Origin: an uncultured Candidatus Saccharibacteria bacterium
Lineage (GTDB): Bacteria > Patescibacteriota > CAZHWT01
Length of the DNA stretch: 64,000 bases
Direction: 5' to 3'
Assembly: GCA_964554805.1 (NCBI GenBank)
Contig: CAZKPX010000005.1
Span: forward strand, 15,935 to 79,934
The notes beneath the pieces were generated by a model. The model had not been told where the DNA came from. It did no database searches and worked only from the letters and a program-made list of their open reading frames with translations. Each line of letters starts with the position of its first letter. The first letter of the stretch is position 1. The position numbers and the translations under genes are program-made. Shown piece after piece: positions 37,258 through 47,043 of this stretch.

Positions 37258-37932
37258 ATGATCAGAGCCTACTTCCGGAAGTGGGTGTTTGACATCAGTC
37301 TCTATTCCATTAATAATAAATTCATGTCCGAATCTCAACCTCAACCCCAGCCTGAAGACGAATTAAATACCAACAACGATCATGATGTTACTATCTCCCG
37401 CAGAAATCTTATTTTGGGATCAGCTGGAGGTGCTACCATAGCAGGTATGACCGGCTTCATTGGTGGAGAAGTCGCTATGGGCTGGAAAAAGAACAAGCAA
37501 CTCGATCAAAAAGATGAGCAAATCCAGCAATTAGAGCAGCAGGTGATTGAAAGTTTAGAAACGGAAGTTGTCCAGAGACTAGAGCAGGTAGGATTAACCC
37601 GTAGTCTGCCGGTTCTCGAATTTACGATAGGCAGTAACGATAATAATATTGATCAAGGGCAGGCCCGAATCGTTTTTCAATCTAGACAAGGGGATGCCTT
37701 AGAAATCACCTGGCCACTCGATAAAATCACTGTTGGCCAAGACTATTTAGAAATAGCGGACGACGGCATATTCCTTGCTTTTAATCTGGAAGAACTCGTG
37801 GGCAGAGAAGGAGACAGGTTGGTATCTCTCAACTCACCGGTACCCGAAGATTATTTCGATGCCATCAGACAAATATACGTCTCCGAAAACTCAAGCATTT
37901 ATAATCCACCATCAACTCAGATCGAAGAATGA
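37258..37932 (+). CDS. hypothetical membrane-anchored protein
   Basis: TM helix LILGSAGGATIAGMTGFIGG. An alternative start is ATG 37324. Confidence 0.35.
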   Translation: MIRAYFRKWVFDISLYSINNKFMSESQPQPQPEDELNTNNDHDVTISRRNLILGSAGGATIAGMTGFIGGEVAMGWKKNKQLDQKDEQIQQLEQQVIESLETEVVQRLEQVGLTRSLPVLEFTIGSNDNNIDQGQARIVFQSRQGDALEITWPLDKITVGQDYLEIADDGIFLAFNLEELVGREGDRLVSLNSPVPEDYFDAIRQIYVSENSSIYNPPSTQIEE

Positions 37933-38242
37933 CTAAGTCATAGCCATGGACGAGACGAGCATGAGACTCGCATGATAGTTGCTCTTAGCACTACCTCGCC
38001 CAATAAATCAAGCATGCTCCAACAAGCATTTGCCTAGACATAGCTGGCCCTGGACTATCCAACCAGCCATCGTTCCATCCAACATAACGCGTCAAGCCAT
38101 ATCAACAAAAGCGGAAACCAAACAATTCCTTAGCAGCAACTCCGGGAGTTGCCTTCTGGAGCAACCTCGGTAAGTTGTCTACTATTTGCTAAATATCAGC
38201 CAACCCCCTAATATAGACATATAACAGTTGAAAGAGGTTTAT

Positions 38243-39154
38243 ATGTCGATTTCTTTAGAACAAATCAAGGTCAATACTGCTAAGGCTCGTCAGCTCATGG
38301 AACGCAGTCGAGCTGAAAAGTTCGCTGTCGGTGCTTTTAATATTGATAATCAGGAAACCTTAATTGCTATCGCCAAAGCAGCCCAAAAGTTAAAATCACC
38401 ACTCATGGTAGAGCTAAGCCAAGGAGAGGTCGATGTTCTCGGGTTAGAAAATGTCCGTGACATGGTTGATAACTACAAAGAAGAATATGGCATCGAGATG
38501 TATATCAACCTTGATCACTCCCCTGACGTAGCTTCCGCCAAAGCTGGTGTTGATGCAGGTTTCGAATTTATCCATATTGATGTTTCCCAGGCCAATCATG
38601 AAGCCACTGATGAAGAAATCATAGCCGCCACACGAGAAGTAGTTGAGTATGCCAAAACGACCGGCGCCCTAGTCGAAAGTGAGCCGCACTATTTTGGAGG
38701 CAGCAGCAATCTCCACGAAGAAGCAATTGATTACGATACTATCCGCAAGACATTTAGCACTCCAGAAAAAACTAAGGCCTTTATCGATGCCACCGGTATA
38801 GACACTTTTGCCGCCGCTGTAGGTAATCTTCATGGCAAATATCCTGTGCCAAAAGTATTGGACCTGGAGCTGCTTCAAGAGCTGCGTGATGCCATTGATT
38901 GCAACATAAGCCTCCATGGCGGCAGCGGCACCCCTGCAGAATACTTCGAAAAAGCTGTTAAGATTGGTGTCAGTAAAATTAATATTAACTCAGATATGCG
39001 AGTTGCATTCCGCAACACACTCGAGGCAGTCTTGGATGATCATCCTAAAGAGTTTGCAGTAATCAAGCTAATGCCTCAGGTTATTCAGGCAGTCCAAGAC
39101 GTCGTCGAAGAAAAAATTCAAGCTTTCGGCAGTGCCGGCAAACAACAAGTCTAA
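38243..39154 (+). CDS. fba: fructose-bisphosphate aldolase, class II
   Basis: AVGAFNIDN near the N terminus, zinc-ligand regions INLDHS and LHGGSG, and KININSD. The start is set at ATG 38243, which has GAAAGAGG 5 nt upstream; the ORF track used TTG 38228. Confidence 0.8.
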   Translation: MSISLEQIKVNTAKARQLMERSRAEKFAVGAFNIDNQETLIAIAKAAQKLKSPLMVELSQGEVDVLGLENVRDMVDNYKEEYGIEMYINLDHSPDVASAKAGVDAGFEFIHIDVSQANHEATDEEIIAATREVVEYAKTTGALVESEPHYFGGSSNLHEEAIDYDTIRKTFSTPEKTKAFIDATGIDTFAAAVGNLHGKYPVPKVLDLELLQELRDAIDCNISLHGGSGTPAEYFEKAVKIGVSKININSDMRVAFRNTLEAVLDDHPKEFAVIKLMPQVIQAVQDVVEEKIQAFGSAGKQQV

Positions 39155-39186
39155 AGTTATACAGCGTATCAAATCTAAATAAACAT

Positions 39187-40038
39187 ATGCCTACTTCATC
39201 AAAGTCAGCTAAGTCTTCACCGGCCAAGAAAAGCCTTTCATCAAAAGAAGCAGCGCTTAAGATGCCTCCTTGGAGAGATCTTCGACTGGTCAGCTTAGCG
39301 GTTTTGGCGCTTTGTTTGGCTACAGTAGCCATGTGGGCAGGCTACGCTGCCTTCATTCGTCCGGTAGCGGAAAGCTGCTCTGGCACACATAAGGTCGAAG
39401 AAAGCACGGGCGTAATAAAGTATGATGGCAGTTTGGTGTCATTTGAGTATCTATCAACTCAAGCAACGCCTTGGCGAAATTACTATATGCTAGACCATGT
39501 TGTGCAGCCTGAGGAAGATAAGCGCTCGTGCCATTTGTCTACCATGCCTAAAACAGAGCTTGAGCAAAATTGGGCTAGATTTATACCGCCCGTCTTGGGG
39601 TTACAAGATCAGCTATTAATTTCTGTCTCAGAAAAGCTATCCAAGAAAACATATCTGAGCGTAAATTTCAGCCATCCGAGTGATGCAAAGGGTGAGTCTT
39701 TGGAGGAGTTAAAACGAACTTTCACTGAATCCATGGAGCAACAACAACGTTCCGCTGAAGCGGATCGTCAACGAGGTCGGACGACAGCATTTGAACCGGC
39801 CCAGTACTCATTTGAAGATGTTGATGTGAATGGCCACCCATCTACCAAAGTGAATATGTCGAGAGCGAGCTCCGAGAGTCTTAGTCGCTGGCAAATATAT
39901 TATGTGACGACCAGCAACCAGATTGTCGGAACAGTAACCTTCTTTGCGTCAGGCACAAACAAAGCTGCCGTTGATGCTGCATTTGAGGCATCGCAGGCAA
40001 ATATAAATAGTATGCTTAGTACAGTAGTTTTTAAGTAG
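39187..40038 (+). CDS. hypothetical signal-anchored or secreted protein
   Basis: N-terminal hydrophobic helix LVSLAVLALCLATVAMWAGYAAFI; 283 aa. Confidence 0.4.
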   Translation: MPTSSKSAKSSPAKKSLSSKEAALKMPPWRDLRLVSLAVLALCLATVAMWAGYAAFIRPVAESCSGTHKVEESTGVIKYDGSLVSFEYLSTQATPWRNYYMLDHVVQPEEDKRSCHLSTMPKTELEQNWARFIPPVLGLQDQLLISVSEKLSKKTYLSVNFSHPSDAKGESLEELKRTFTESMEQQQRSAEADRQRGRTTAFEPAQYSFEDVDVNGHPSTKVNMSRASSESLSRWQIYYVTTSNQIVGTVTFFASGTNKAAVDAAFEASQANINSMLSTVVFK

Positions 40039-40050
40039 CAATATAGCCGT

Positions 40051-40090
40051 CAACTCCCGGTGTTGCCTAGCTAGGCAACACCGGGAGTTG
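40051..40090. terminator. perfect 40-nt palindrome (CAACTCCCGGTGTTGCCTAG/CTAGGCAACACCGGGAGTTG), bidirectional terminator
   Basis: It sits between convergent genes ending at 40038 (+) and 40146 (-). Confidence 0.6.
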
Positions 40091-40145
40091 TGCTGGCTGC
40101 CACGTAAAAGCCACCTCAGAGCCTTCGTCCACGCTCGTTGCCACA

Positions 40146-41975
40146 TCAGGCATCTTCCAACTGGCTCCGGAAAATCGTGTAATAGTGTCCCTTGCGGGCT
40201 ACCAACTCAAAGTGAGTGCCTTGCTCGACCAACCGTCCATCCTTCATCACATATATCAAGTCAGCCTTTTTAATAGTGCTCAACCGGTGGCTAATCGTGA
40301 TTATGGTCTTATCGGTATCGGCAAATAGCTGATCATATATCCGACTCTCAGCCAAAGCATCAATAGCTGAAGTTGGTTCATCCAGGATAATCACCGGACT
40401 ATCACGATAGAAGTTACGAGCCAACGCCACACGTTGATGTTGACCACCAGACAGACTTACCCCTTGAGCACCCTCCTCATCATCCATCCAATTACTAATA
40501 TAGTTATCCGGACCCTTGGGCAGCTTATGAATAAACTCACTAGCCTGAGCCTTATCCATGGCCATGTTTAGCCGTGCTTCACTAAATGGTTTGGACACAT
40601 CCCCCATGGCAATATTGTCTCGGGCATTGGCAAAATAGTAAGTAATGTAATTCTGATGAAGGACAGATAGATGACGATGCCACGATTGGATGTCATATGC
40701 TGTCAGGGTAGTTCCATTAACCAGCACTTGACCAATTGCTGGTTGATACAAGCCGGAAATAATTTTGACCAAGGTCGACTTGCCTGCACCATTCTCGCCC
40801 ACGATGGCCACATGGCTACCTGGCTCAAAGGTCATGCTCACGTCTTCCAAAACCATTCGCTCTTGATTAGGGTAGCCAAATGTCACATGTTGGAGCTCAA
40901 GGTGAATAGGTGTTTTGACCGGTATACCCTCGCTACTGATGGTCGGCAACTCCATAAACTGCTGATAATCATTCAGGTTAACCACGTCGCGGTCAATAGT
41001 ATCTATGAGGCTAACCAGCTGACTACTTGATGATAAAAATCGACGAATAGTTTGCTGGACGAATAGAAATTGCCCCACAGGTTGCAAATGTCGGGTAATT
41101 TGTAAGACAATCCAAACCAATCCGCCCAGTTCTACGATAGCCTCAAGACCATCTGCCAGCAATCGGTAAGCAATATAGCGTCGCTCCAGCTCAATCTCCG
41201 CTTTTTCACTCTGATCGCGGAAGCCCCGGTACAACTTAACCAAATGCTGAACCACCCCATAAATCCGTAGCTCGGCAATATCAGCCGCATCCATCAAAAT
41301 AGTATTGCCAATAATACTGGCTTTGCGCCTGGTGCCAACATGCTTTTGCCAAAAGTTAGCCTGTAGTCGTGAAATGTGTAATTGGAGAAAAATGCTCGGC
41401 AGAATAGCCAACAGTAAAATCAGGCCCAACCATACATTAACCAAAACCAGCGCTGCGAAACTAGTAATAATGCCAATCACTACACTAATAACTTGAGCAA
41501 AGCGATCAAAGACATAAGGGAAAAATCGACTAAACTGTATAGCTTTATCAAACATGTCGATATTTTCTTTATCATCATAGCGCCAGAACTCAAGACTCAA
41601 AAAGCGATCATGCATCTGATCGGTGATGATGGCGTCTAGCTTGTAGCGATTGATTTGATTAATATATTGATCCACGCTTCGCCACACCATAGTCACAATA
41701 CTAAGAGCAGCCGTAAACACCAATAAGTACAAAGCTCTCTGACCAGCTTCAGCATCGCCCGCATAAGCCTCAGCCAAAGCAGTTGTTGTCAAAGCTGCCA
41801 AGTAGGTGGTGATCAAAGGTAGCACCGAACCAATAAGGGCATTGCCTATTTGAAACAAAGCGATGGTAGGTGCAACCTGCCAAACAGTTTTGCTCACGCC
41901 AATCAGGCTGCGGACATATTGTCGCCAGCTGCCATTTGAAGGTTGTTTGTTGGGTATCTTGTACCGTCGTGCCAT
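40146..41975 (-). CDS. ABC exporter, fused permease-ATPase (MsbA/multidrug type)
   Basis: Six N-terminal TM helices, Walker A GENGAGKST, signature LSGGQHQRVALAR, Walker B ILDEPTSAID. Confidence 0.8.
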   Translation of the reverse strand: MARRYKIPNKQPSNGSWRQYVRSLIGVSKTVWQVAPTIALFQIGNALIGSVLPLITTYLAALTTTALAEAYAGDAEAGQRALYLLVFTAALSIVTMVWRSVDQYINQINRYKLDAIITDQMHDRFLSLEFWRYDDKENIDMFDKAIQFSRFFPYVFDRFAQVISVVIGIITSFAALVLVNVWLGLILLLAILPSIFLQLHISRLQANFWQKHVGTRRKASIIGNTILMDAADIAELRIYGVVQHLVKLYRGFRDQSEKAEIELERRYIAYRLLADGLEAIVELGGLVWIVLQITRHLQPVGQFLFVQQTIRRFLSSSSQLVSLIDTIDRDVVNLNDYQQFMELPTISSEGIPVKTPIHLELQHVTFGYPNQERMVLEDVSMTFEPGSHVAIVGENGAGKSTLVKIISGLYQPAIGQVLVNGTTLTAYDIQSWHRHLSVLHQNYITYYFANARDNIAMGDVSKPFSEARLNMAMDKAQASEFIHKLPKGPDNYISNWMDDEEGAQGVSLSGGQHQRVALARNFYRDSPVIILDEPTSAIDALAESRIYDQLFADTDKTIITISHRLSTIKKADLIYVMKDGRLVEQGTHFELVARKGHYYTIFRSQLEDA

Positions 41976-42096
41976 AGATCATTTCTCTGTAGTCGTTAAA
42001 GTGGATTATAGCACTATGCCCCTAATTAAGCCTGCCAACAATGCTTGCTATACGTTTGACATTGACACTATTATCAAGCAAGGCTATTCTTGAGCC

Positions 42097-42690
42097 ATGG
42101 ATACTTTTACTCCCTACATCAAAAAGCAGTCAGGATTCGGTGTTGTTGAATTATTAGTTGCAGTAGCAGTCATCGCCATGATCGCAGTAGCGGGTTGGCT
42201 ATGGTTCAGCAATAGCCAAACAAAGACAAATGAGTCTGAAGAAATCGTTGCCTTGCCAATGACGTACAATAACAGCACCTATGGATTCTCCTTGCAGTAC
42301 ACCGAAGACTTTGAAGTCAAAGAAATACCCGCCTTTGAAGGCACTCCGAATAGTCAAGATCATCAATACGTAGCTGTTGTTAAAAAGGCGGGATACCAGG
42401 ATCCATTGACCTCGCCTATTCTTATCTCTTACCAATATCCAACCGGCTGCGGTACATCTGAAGGCCCTGCTCCTACTCAGCTTCCTACCAAGCAAGTCAC
42501 CTTCAATGGTCAGCCCTTAGAAGTAGCAGCAGTCTGCGGCGACAGCGACTATATGTTCAAGGTCAAAGACAGCAAAGGCACAGAACTCGATGTGCGCCTA
42601 ACCTACTTAACCCAAGATCTTGGCCAAGAAGATATTGCAGCCTATAATCAAGTCATAGCTTCTCTAACCGATTTAACATTAGTCAAATAA
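42097..42690 (+). CDS. type IV prepilin-like (class III signal peptide) protein
   Basis: KKQSG|FGVVELLVAVAVIAMIA is a prepilin peptidase motif, with Glu at +5. Confidence 0.5.
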   Translation: MDTFTPYIKKQSGFGVVELLVAVAVIAMIAVAGWLWFSNSQTKTNESEEIVALPMTYNNSTYGFSLQYTEDFEVKEIPAFEGTPNSQDHQYVAVVKKAGYQDPLTSPILISYQYPTGCGTSEGPAPTQLPTKQVTFNGQPLEVAAVCGDSDYMFKVKDSKGTELDVRLTYLTQDLGQEDIAAYNQVIASLTDLTLVK

Positions 42691-42770
42691 CAGATCTACC
42701 CCTATCAAATTGAAACGAACGGCCCTCATTCACGAGGGCGGTTTTGCCGTGTTGTATCAGGAGCAGTTGC

Positions 42771-43067
42771 TTAAAAGCCATAGTATGGTGCGATTCCAGG
42801 CAAAAGAATCGTAACCAAAGTTTCCCAAAACACCCCAGTCAAAGCCAGCACAATAAGACCTACCATCGCATTCACAATCGTCTTGCGAGCACCTTCCGTT
42901 TTCTTGTCATCGCCACCTGATACAATATAGCGCATGCCGCCCCACATAATATAAAACAGAGCTGCCACCGCAATAATGACGTACGCTGCGCTAATCAACG
43001 AAGCCATAGCTTGCTCCAGACTAGTGAAGCCAAATTGTTGAATTGATAATGGTCCGAGTTGATACAT
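42771..43067 (-). CDS. TrbC/VirB2-like pilin-like protein (paralog of 5311-5637)
   Basis: Shares TM-WGG..Y..SGG...K..TM topology and sequence pattern with the island pilin. The start was trimmed to MYQLGPL. Confidence 0.4.
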   Translation of the reverse strand: MYQLGPLSIQQFGFTSLEQAMASLISAAYVIIAVAALFYIMWGGMRYIVSGGDDKKTEGARKTIVNAMVGLIVLALTGVFWETLVTILLPGIAPYYGF

Positions 43068-43197
43068 AAACACAACCTTCCTATTAATTTGCCTGTGCAT
43101 TATACCTGATATGACAAGCAATAATTCAATAATATAGTTTTAAATAACCCATAGTGGCATAATATGCATCGTCGAGACTGTATCGAAAGGAAAGAGC

Positions 43198-43377
43198 ATG
43201 ACTACAGAAAACTCCGGCTCTCCAGCAAAGTTGACTGATGCCGTAGCGAGGGATCTACTCAAACTTGGTGTGGCGCGGAACCTCGACCAGGCCATACAAG
43301 ACGTCTGGGAATCTGCCGCAGGTCTTCAGGATGAGGAGGCCCGACAAAAGGTGGCCAACTTCTTGAAAAAGGCTTAA
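43198..43377 (+). CDS. small helical hypothetical protein (59 aa), not in the ORF track
   Basis: AAGGAAAGAG upstream and coherent composition. The overlapping minus-strand ORF (43259-43444) looks spurious. Confidence 0.3.
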   Translation: MTTENSGSPAKLTDAVARDLLKLGVARNLDQAIQDVWESAAGLQDEEARQKVANFLKKA

Positions 43378-43587
43378 CATCATCGCCTTCATCAGCAAAG
43401 GCTGGGTTCACTCGAACCCAGCCTTTTGTATCTTTCCCAAACATCAGCTACAACTCACATTCCGAACATGAAGCAAATTCATCTGGCCTGCCCAAGTCCG
43501 ACCCAATGCTGGATTACTGTTCGATATATCAGATAAGAGTGTGATAGACTATCAGGTAATAAATTAACTCTGCTCGGAGGATATTTT

Positions 43588-44454
43588 ATGGGTAGTACTA
43601 TTGGCAGTATTATTACTGATTGTTCAGATCACAATGCTCAAAGTCGGCAACAGCTTCGCTTTGCCTCATTATTCGGCGCCACCTCAAGCTTTCTTGGACT
43701 ACGCAAGCATGCTCCAGATCTGGAGGCCGCTGGTCATCTGATCGATCAGCTGGATATCTTATCTCGCACCCCTAAGTCAATTACCCAGTCACAGTCGGTC
43801 ATTATTTTAAATGTTGCTCCACGAGGTCAGGCAGTTAAAAAGAACTATCCCAATGGCAGCCCGTTTTGCTATGTCAAAGTCAACCAAACGTACATTATTA
43901 GCACCTACGAAGGGCGCTCTTTATCCTTGCTCAAGCAGTTCAATTTAGCTGACCAAGTCCAAGTTTTAGATATTCCAACTGTCACGGCAGCCGCCATCGG
44001 TTGGGGAGAGCTCACTTTTGAGCAATCGGCAGCCATAAATAATAGTCAGTTCCGTAGCCTTGAATTCGCTCCTCTAGCAGCCTATTGGCTAACCCACAGC
44101 TTTGATGTTCCGTCAAAACCTGCCGACATCAGAGCTTTGGAAGAGTCGGGTCTGGTCTGGACCATCGACAATTTCGGCAATGTGAAAACTACTCTTTTGC
44201 CGGAAGATATAGATTTTGCTGACGGTAAAGAAATAATTCTCAGCGACGGTAAGCCAGCCATCTGCTGCACCAAACTCGCCGATGTGCCCGATGATATAAC
44301 AGCCATAACCGTCGGCAGTTCAGGCTACGGCAGTCAACGCTTCCTGGAAATAGTCGTTCAATGGCACGACAAAGGATTCTCCGACAGCCACTCCGCCCAC
44401 CAACGCCACAACTTAAAGGTCGGCGATCCTGTCTTGCAAAGCACAACAGCATAG
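43588..44454 (+). CDS. hypothetical protein
   Basis: 288-aa ORF. Confidence 0.35.
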   Translation: MGSTIGSIITDCSDHNAQSRQQLRFASLFGATSSFLGLRKHAPDLEAAGHLIDQLDILSRTPKSITQSQSVIILNVAPRGQAVKKNYPNGSPFCYVKVNQTYIISTYEGRSLSLLKQFNLADQVQVLDIPTVTAAAIGWGELTFEQSAAINNSQFRSLEFAPLAAYWLTHSFDVPSKPADIRALEESGLVWTIDNFGNVKTTLLPEDIDFADGKEIILSDGKPAICCTKLADVPDDITAITVGSSGYGSQRFLEIVVQWHDKGFSDSHSAHQRHNLKVGDPVLQSTTA

Positions 44455-44549
44455 CAATTAAAAACCGAATCAGCCATAGGTTTGAAAAACAATCCTATGG
44501 CATGGCATAATTACGATGCGTATCAGTCATCTAGTCATGGAGAAACGTC

Positions 44550-45107
44550 ATGAATCTGGATCAGACTTTGCGACTCCTGCCAATGTGTCGCGAACTCATT
44601 GACGAGCTATACCGCCACAAGGGGTCGGTCTTCGATACAAACCGATTGTATCCTCCAGGCGAGGAAGAATTTCATCCACGAGAAAGAGTTTCTGATGAGT
44701 TACATCCTCGACATATGTGGCCAAGCAGCCAGCTCATTCAGCTTACCGCAGGCAGCGCCTACTCAATTGATAAAGCTGCAATGGGTGATATCATCCAAAT
44801 CTACCCGGTCATCACCCTGAAAGGCGCCTTTAGCGAAACGAATGCTGACTACACGGAAATCGATCATCTAGATTTCTGGCTAATCGTGAGCATTTCTTTC
44901 AACCAAGACACCTTGCAGCCTGACTATCTAGAGCTGGTTATCGGTCGTCAGCGCAACTATTGCAGCATGCATATGTCAGTCAAAGACCGGGAAGACAGCT
45001 TGCGCTTCTCCTTTGATACGTATTCCGCGGTCGGCCGCATTGACGGGGCTGACAAAGCAGCCGACTTGGCTGACTTTCAATCGAGGCACAGCTTTTATCG
45101 TCACTAG
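44550..45107 (+). CDS. hypothetical protein
   Basis: 185-aa ORF. Confidence 0.35.
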   Translation: MNLDQTLRLLPMCRELIDELYRHKGSVFDTNRLYPPGEEEFHPRERVSDELHPRHMWPSSQLIQLTAGSAYSIDKAAMGDIIQIYPVITLKGAFSETNADYTEIDHLDFWLIVSISFNQDTLQPDYLELVIGRQRNYCSMHMSVKDREDSLRFSFDTYSAVGRIDGADKAADLADFQSRHSFYRH

Positions 45108-45164
45108 ATTGGAGCACCATTCTCAGGGGTAGACATCGGCGAAAAATGTGCTATTATAGTCAAA

Positions 45165-45444
45165 CCTTGCTCGCTTGAGCAGGAGCGTCGGAAGTGGGGG
45201 AGTTCCCTGTGTTAGAATCGGCACCTCGGTTCTCTGGTTGGGGCATCATTGCCCCAGACTTCTTCCAGCTGGCGGCAACACCGCCATCACCCACTGGGCC
45301 GACAGCCCGTCCCTGGCAGGTTTTGCCAGCCAGCCGCTCCGACCACATCGGCCCGCCAAGCCAACAGGTCGAACGGCGCGCTCGTCCACCACCGAGCGGA
45401 TAGCGAGACACACCCACTCAAGTGGCGCTGATGAGTTTGTTTTG
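45165..45444 (+). ncRNA. candidate structured ncRNA (unclassified), GC-rich
   Basis: Extended -10 TGcTATTAT sits at 45149-45157 and an intrinsic terminator at 45445-45488. The segment is visibly GC-rich against an AT-moderate background and has several strong local hairpins (GGGGCA-tcat-TGCCCC; GGCGG-caaca-CCGCC; CTGGCA-ggtttt-TGCCAG; GCTCG..CGAGC). Only Arg/Pro-rich incoherent ORFs occur on both strands. Confidence 0.35.
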
Positions 45445-45488
45445 TGCCCCATCGTCAATTTATTCGCGATCGGGGCACCTTTTTTTTA
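45445..45488 (+). terminator. intrinsic terminator (GTGCCCCATCG ... CGATCGGGGCAC + T9)
   Basis: 11-bp stem with a 9-T tract. Confidence 0.55.
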
Positions 45489-45569
45489 TCCAATTTTCTT
45501 ACTTCCAGCGCATAGTTTCTTCTATAACCTCTTCAGTTCAGCCATATACAGCTCCTGTATAATTAATAT

Positions 45570-46352
45570 ATGGCTACTTCTCAAACAAAAACAATCTACA
45601 CCTGCCCTATGCATCCGGACATCATGCAGGATCAACCGGGCAAATGTCCTAAATGCGGCGGCATGGAATTGGAACCCAAGCAGGTGCCGCAAGATACACC
45701 GAGCCAAGCTCAAGTAAAAGTTTCACCCGTCATAGTCTACGGCCAATTGTTCATCGTCATTCTGCTTATCCTCATCCTAGCCAGCGCCATCAGTCTGAGT
45801 CAGCTTGTCGACCATTCCTTCCAGTGGGAAGCGTTCTTCCGCTATAGCATGGCCGGCTTCTTCATCTTCTTCAGTCTCCTCAAATTCATTGATATTAAAG
45901 GGTTTGCCGAAGGGTTTTCCACCTACGATCTGCTCGCTAAAAAATGGCCTGCCTATGGCTATATATACCCCTACCTTGAGCTTGGACTGGGCATATTCTA
46001 TCTCATCAATCTGATTCCGTTGGCCACCAACATCGCCACAGTTATCATGATGGGCCTGGCTAGTCTCGGGGTTGCCAAAGCGCTCTCTTCCAAAAGACAA
46101 CTTCAATGCGCCTGCCTTGGCACTGTTCTAAAAGTACCCTTATCCAAGGTAACGCTCATTGAGGATATCGCGATGGTGGCTATGGCTGGTATTCATATCG
46201 GCCTAATCCTGTTCGTTCATGATACGATGACCATGACCCAGCATAATCCTAACCTCAATCTGCTCGATGGCTTCATCCTCAGCCTCCTGGCAATATCCAG
46301 CCTGGTAGCCATTATCTATATTCAGTACACCACCAAGGACTCCCATTCATGA
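45570..46352 (+). CDS. heavy-metal-binding (YHS/TRASH-like CPMHP...CPKCGM) domain fused to a MauE/DoxX-like 4-TM membrane domain
   Basis: N-terminal YTCPMHPDIM...GKCPKCGGMEL followed by 4 TM helices. TGTATAAT lies 7 nt upstream of the ATG (leaderless). Confidence 0.5.
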   Translation: MATSQTKTIYTCPMHPDIMQDQPGKCPKCGGMELEPKQVPQDTPSQAQVKVSPVIVYGQLFIVILLILILASAISLSQLVDHSFQWEAFFRYSMAGFFIFFSLLKFIDIKGFAEGFSTYDLLAKKWPAYGYIYPYLELGLGIFYLINLIPLATNIATVIMMGLASLGVAKALSSKRQLQCACLGTVLKVPLSKVTLIEDIAMVAMAGIHIGLILFVHDTMTMTQHNPNLNLLDGFILSLLAISSLVAIIYIQYTTKDSHS

Positions 46353-46900
46353 CCAAGCCTATCCAGGTATCACTCAGCGCTGTCGGTATTATTCTCTTAT
46401 CATTAGGCTTGGCTTGGCTTATACAGTCAATGAGCCAGCCAGCCGATGTCTCAAATCTGCATGGCCATGGATTTGACCAACAGTACATTGCTGATATGAC
46501 CGTCCACCATCAAGGTGCTATCGAGATGGCTAATCTGGCTCTATCTCAAGGTCAGTTCCAGCCTATCAAGGATTTAGCCGCCACCATTATCGCCGATCAA
46601 AATGCTGAAAATAAAAAGATGATTGCCTGGCGAACAGCTTGGGGCTATCAGCCAGCCGAATCTTCAATGAGTCACACCATGCATAATACTGCCGCCCAAT
46701 TAGAAGGGCTTTCAGGCAATGAGTTTGATACCATCTTTCTCCAGCTTATGATTAAGCATCACCAAATGGCCATTGATATGTCCGAGCCAGCCAGAAATCA
46801 AGCTCAGCATCAGGAGTTAAAAGACTTAGCCGAGCAGGTTATTCAGGATCAGACCGCCGAAATAGAGCTAATGAAGCAATGGCAGACTGAAGTAGAGTAA
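46349..46900 (+). CDS. DUF305 (ferritin-like, CopM-type) secreted protein
   Basis: Duplicated motifs DQQYIADMTVHHQGAIEMA and IFLQLMIKHHQMAIDM. Signal peptide present. ATGA-coupled to the upstream gene. Confidence 0.6.
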   Translation: MTKPIQVSLSAVGIILLSLGLAWLIQSMSQPADVSNLHGHGFDQQYIADMTVHHQGAIEMANLALSQGQFQPIKDLAATIIADQNAENKKMIAWRTAWGYQPAESSMSHTMHNTAAQLEGLSGNEFDTIFLQLMIKHHQMAIDMSEPARNQAQHQELKDLAEQVIQDQTAEIELMKQWQTEVE

Positions 46901-46918
46901 TAATATCGGCATTATGTC

Positions 46919-46950
46919 ATTGCTGCTCCGTCAGTTGACGGAGCAGCAAT
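46919..46950. repeat. REP-like palindrome ATTGCTGCTCCGTCA-gt-TGACGGAGCAGCAAT
   Basis: Near-perfect 15-bp arms. It is a member of the ATTGC...TCCGYCAG/CTGRCGGA...GCAAT family seen at 53976, 54063, 54216 and 59036. Confidence 0.45.
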
Positions 46951-47043
46951 CTAACCTAGATAGCTAAATCCAGAATTAAGGATCAAAACAATTGATTACG
47001 CATGGTATGATGTCAACCTATAATTATCAGAAAGAAAACACGC

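Noticed and set aside
43259-43444. 61-aa minus-strand ORF
   Set aside because: It overlaps a better plus-strand small ORF (43198-43377) that has an upstream purine-rich SD-like sequence. The minus ORF is Pro/Arg-rich and looks spurious.
45175-45717. 180-aa ORF (and overlapping 60-85-aa ORFs on both strands) across the GC-rich segment
   Set aside because: Its Arg/Pro/Ser-rich composition is typical of spurious ORFs in GC-rich RNA genes. It runs through a strong intrinsic terminator and into the next gene. It was treated as non-coding.
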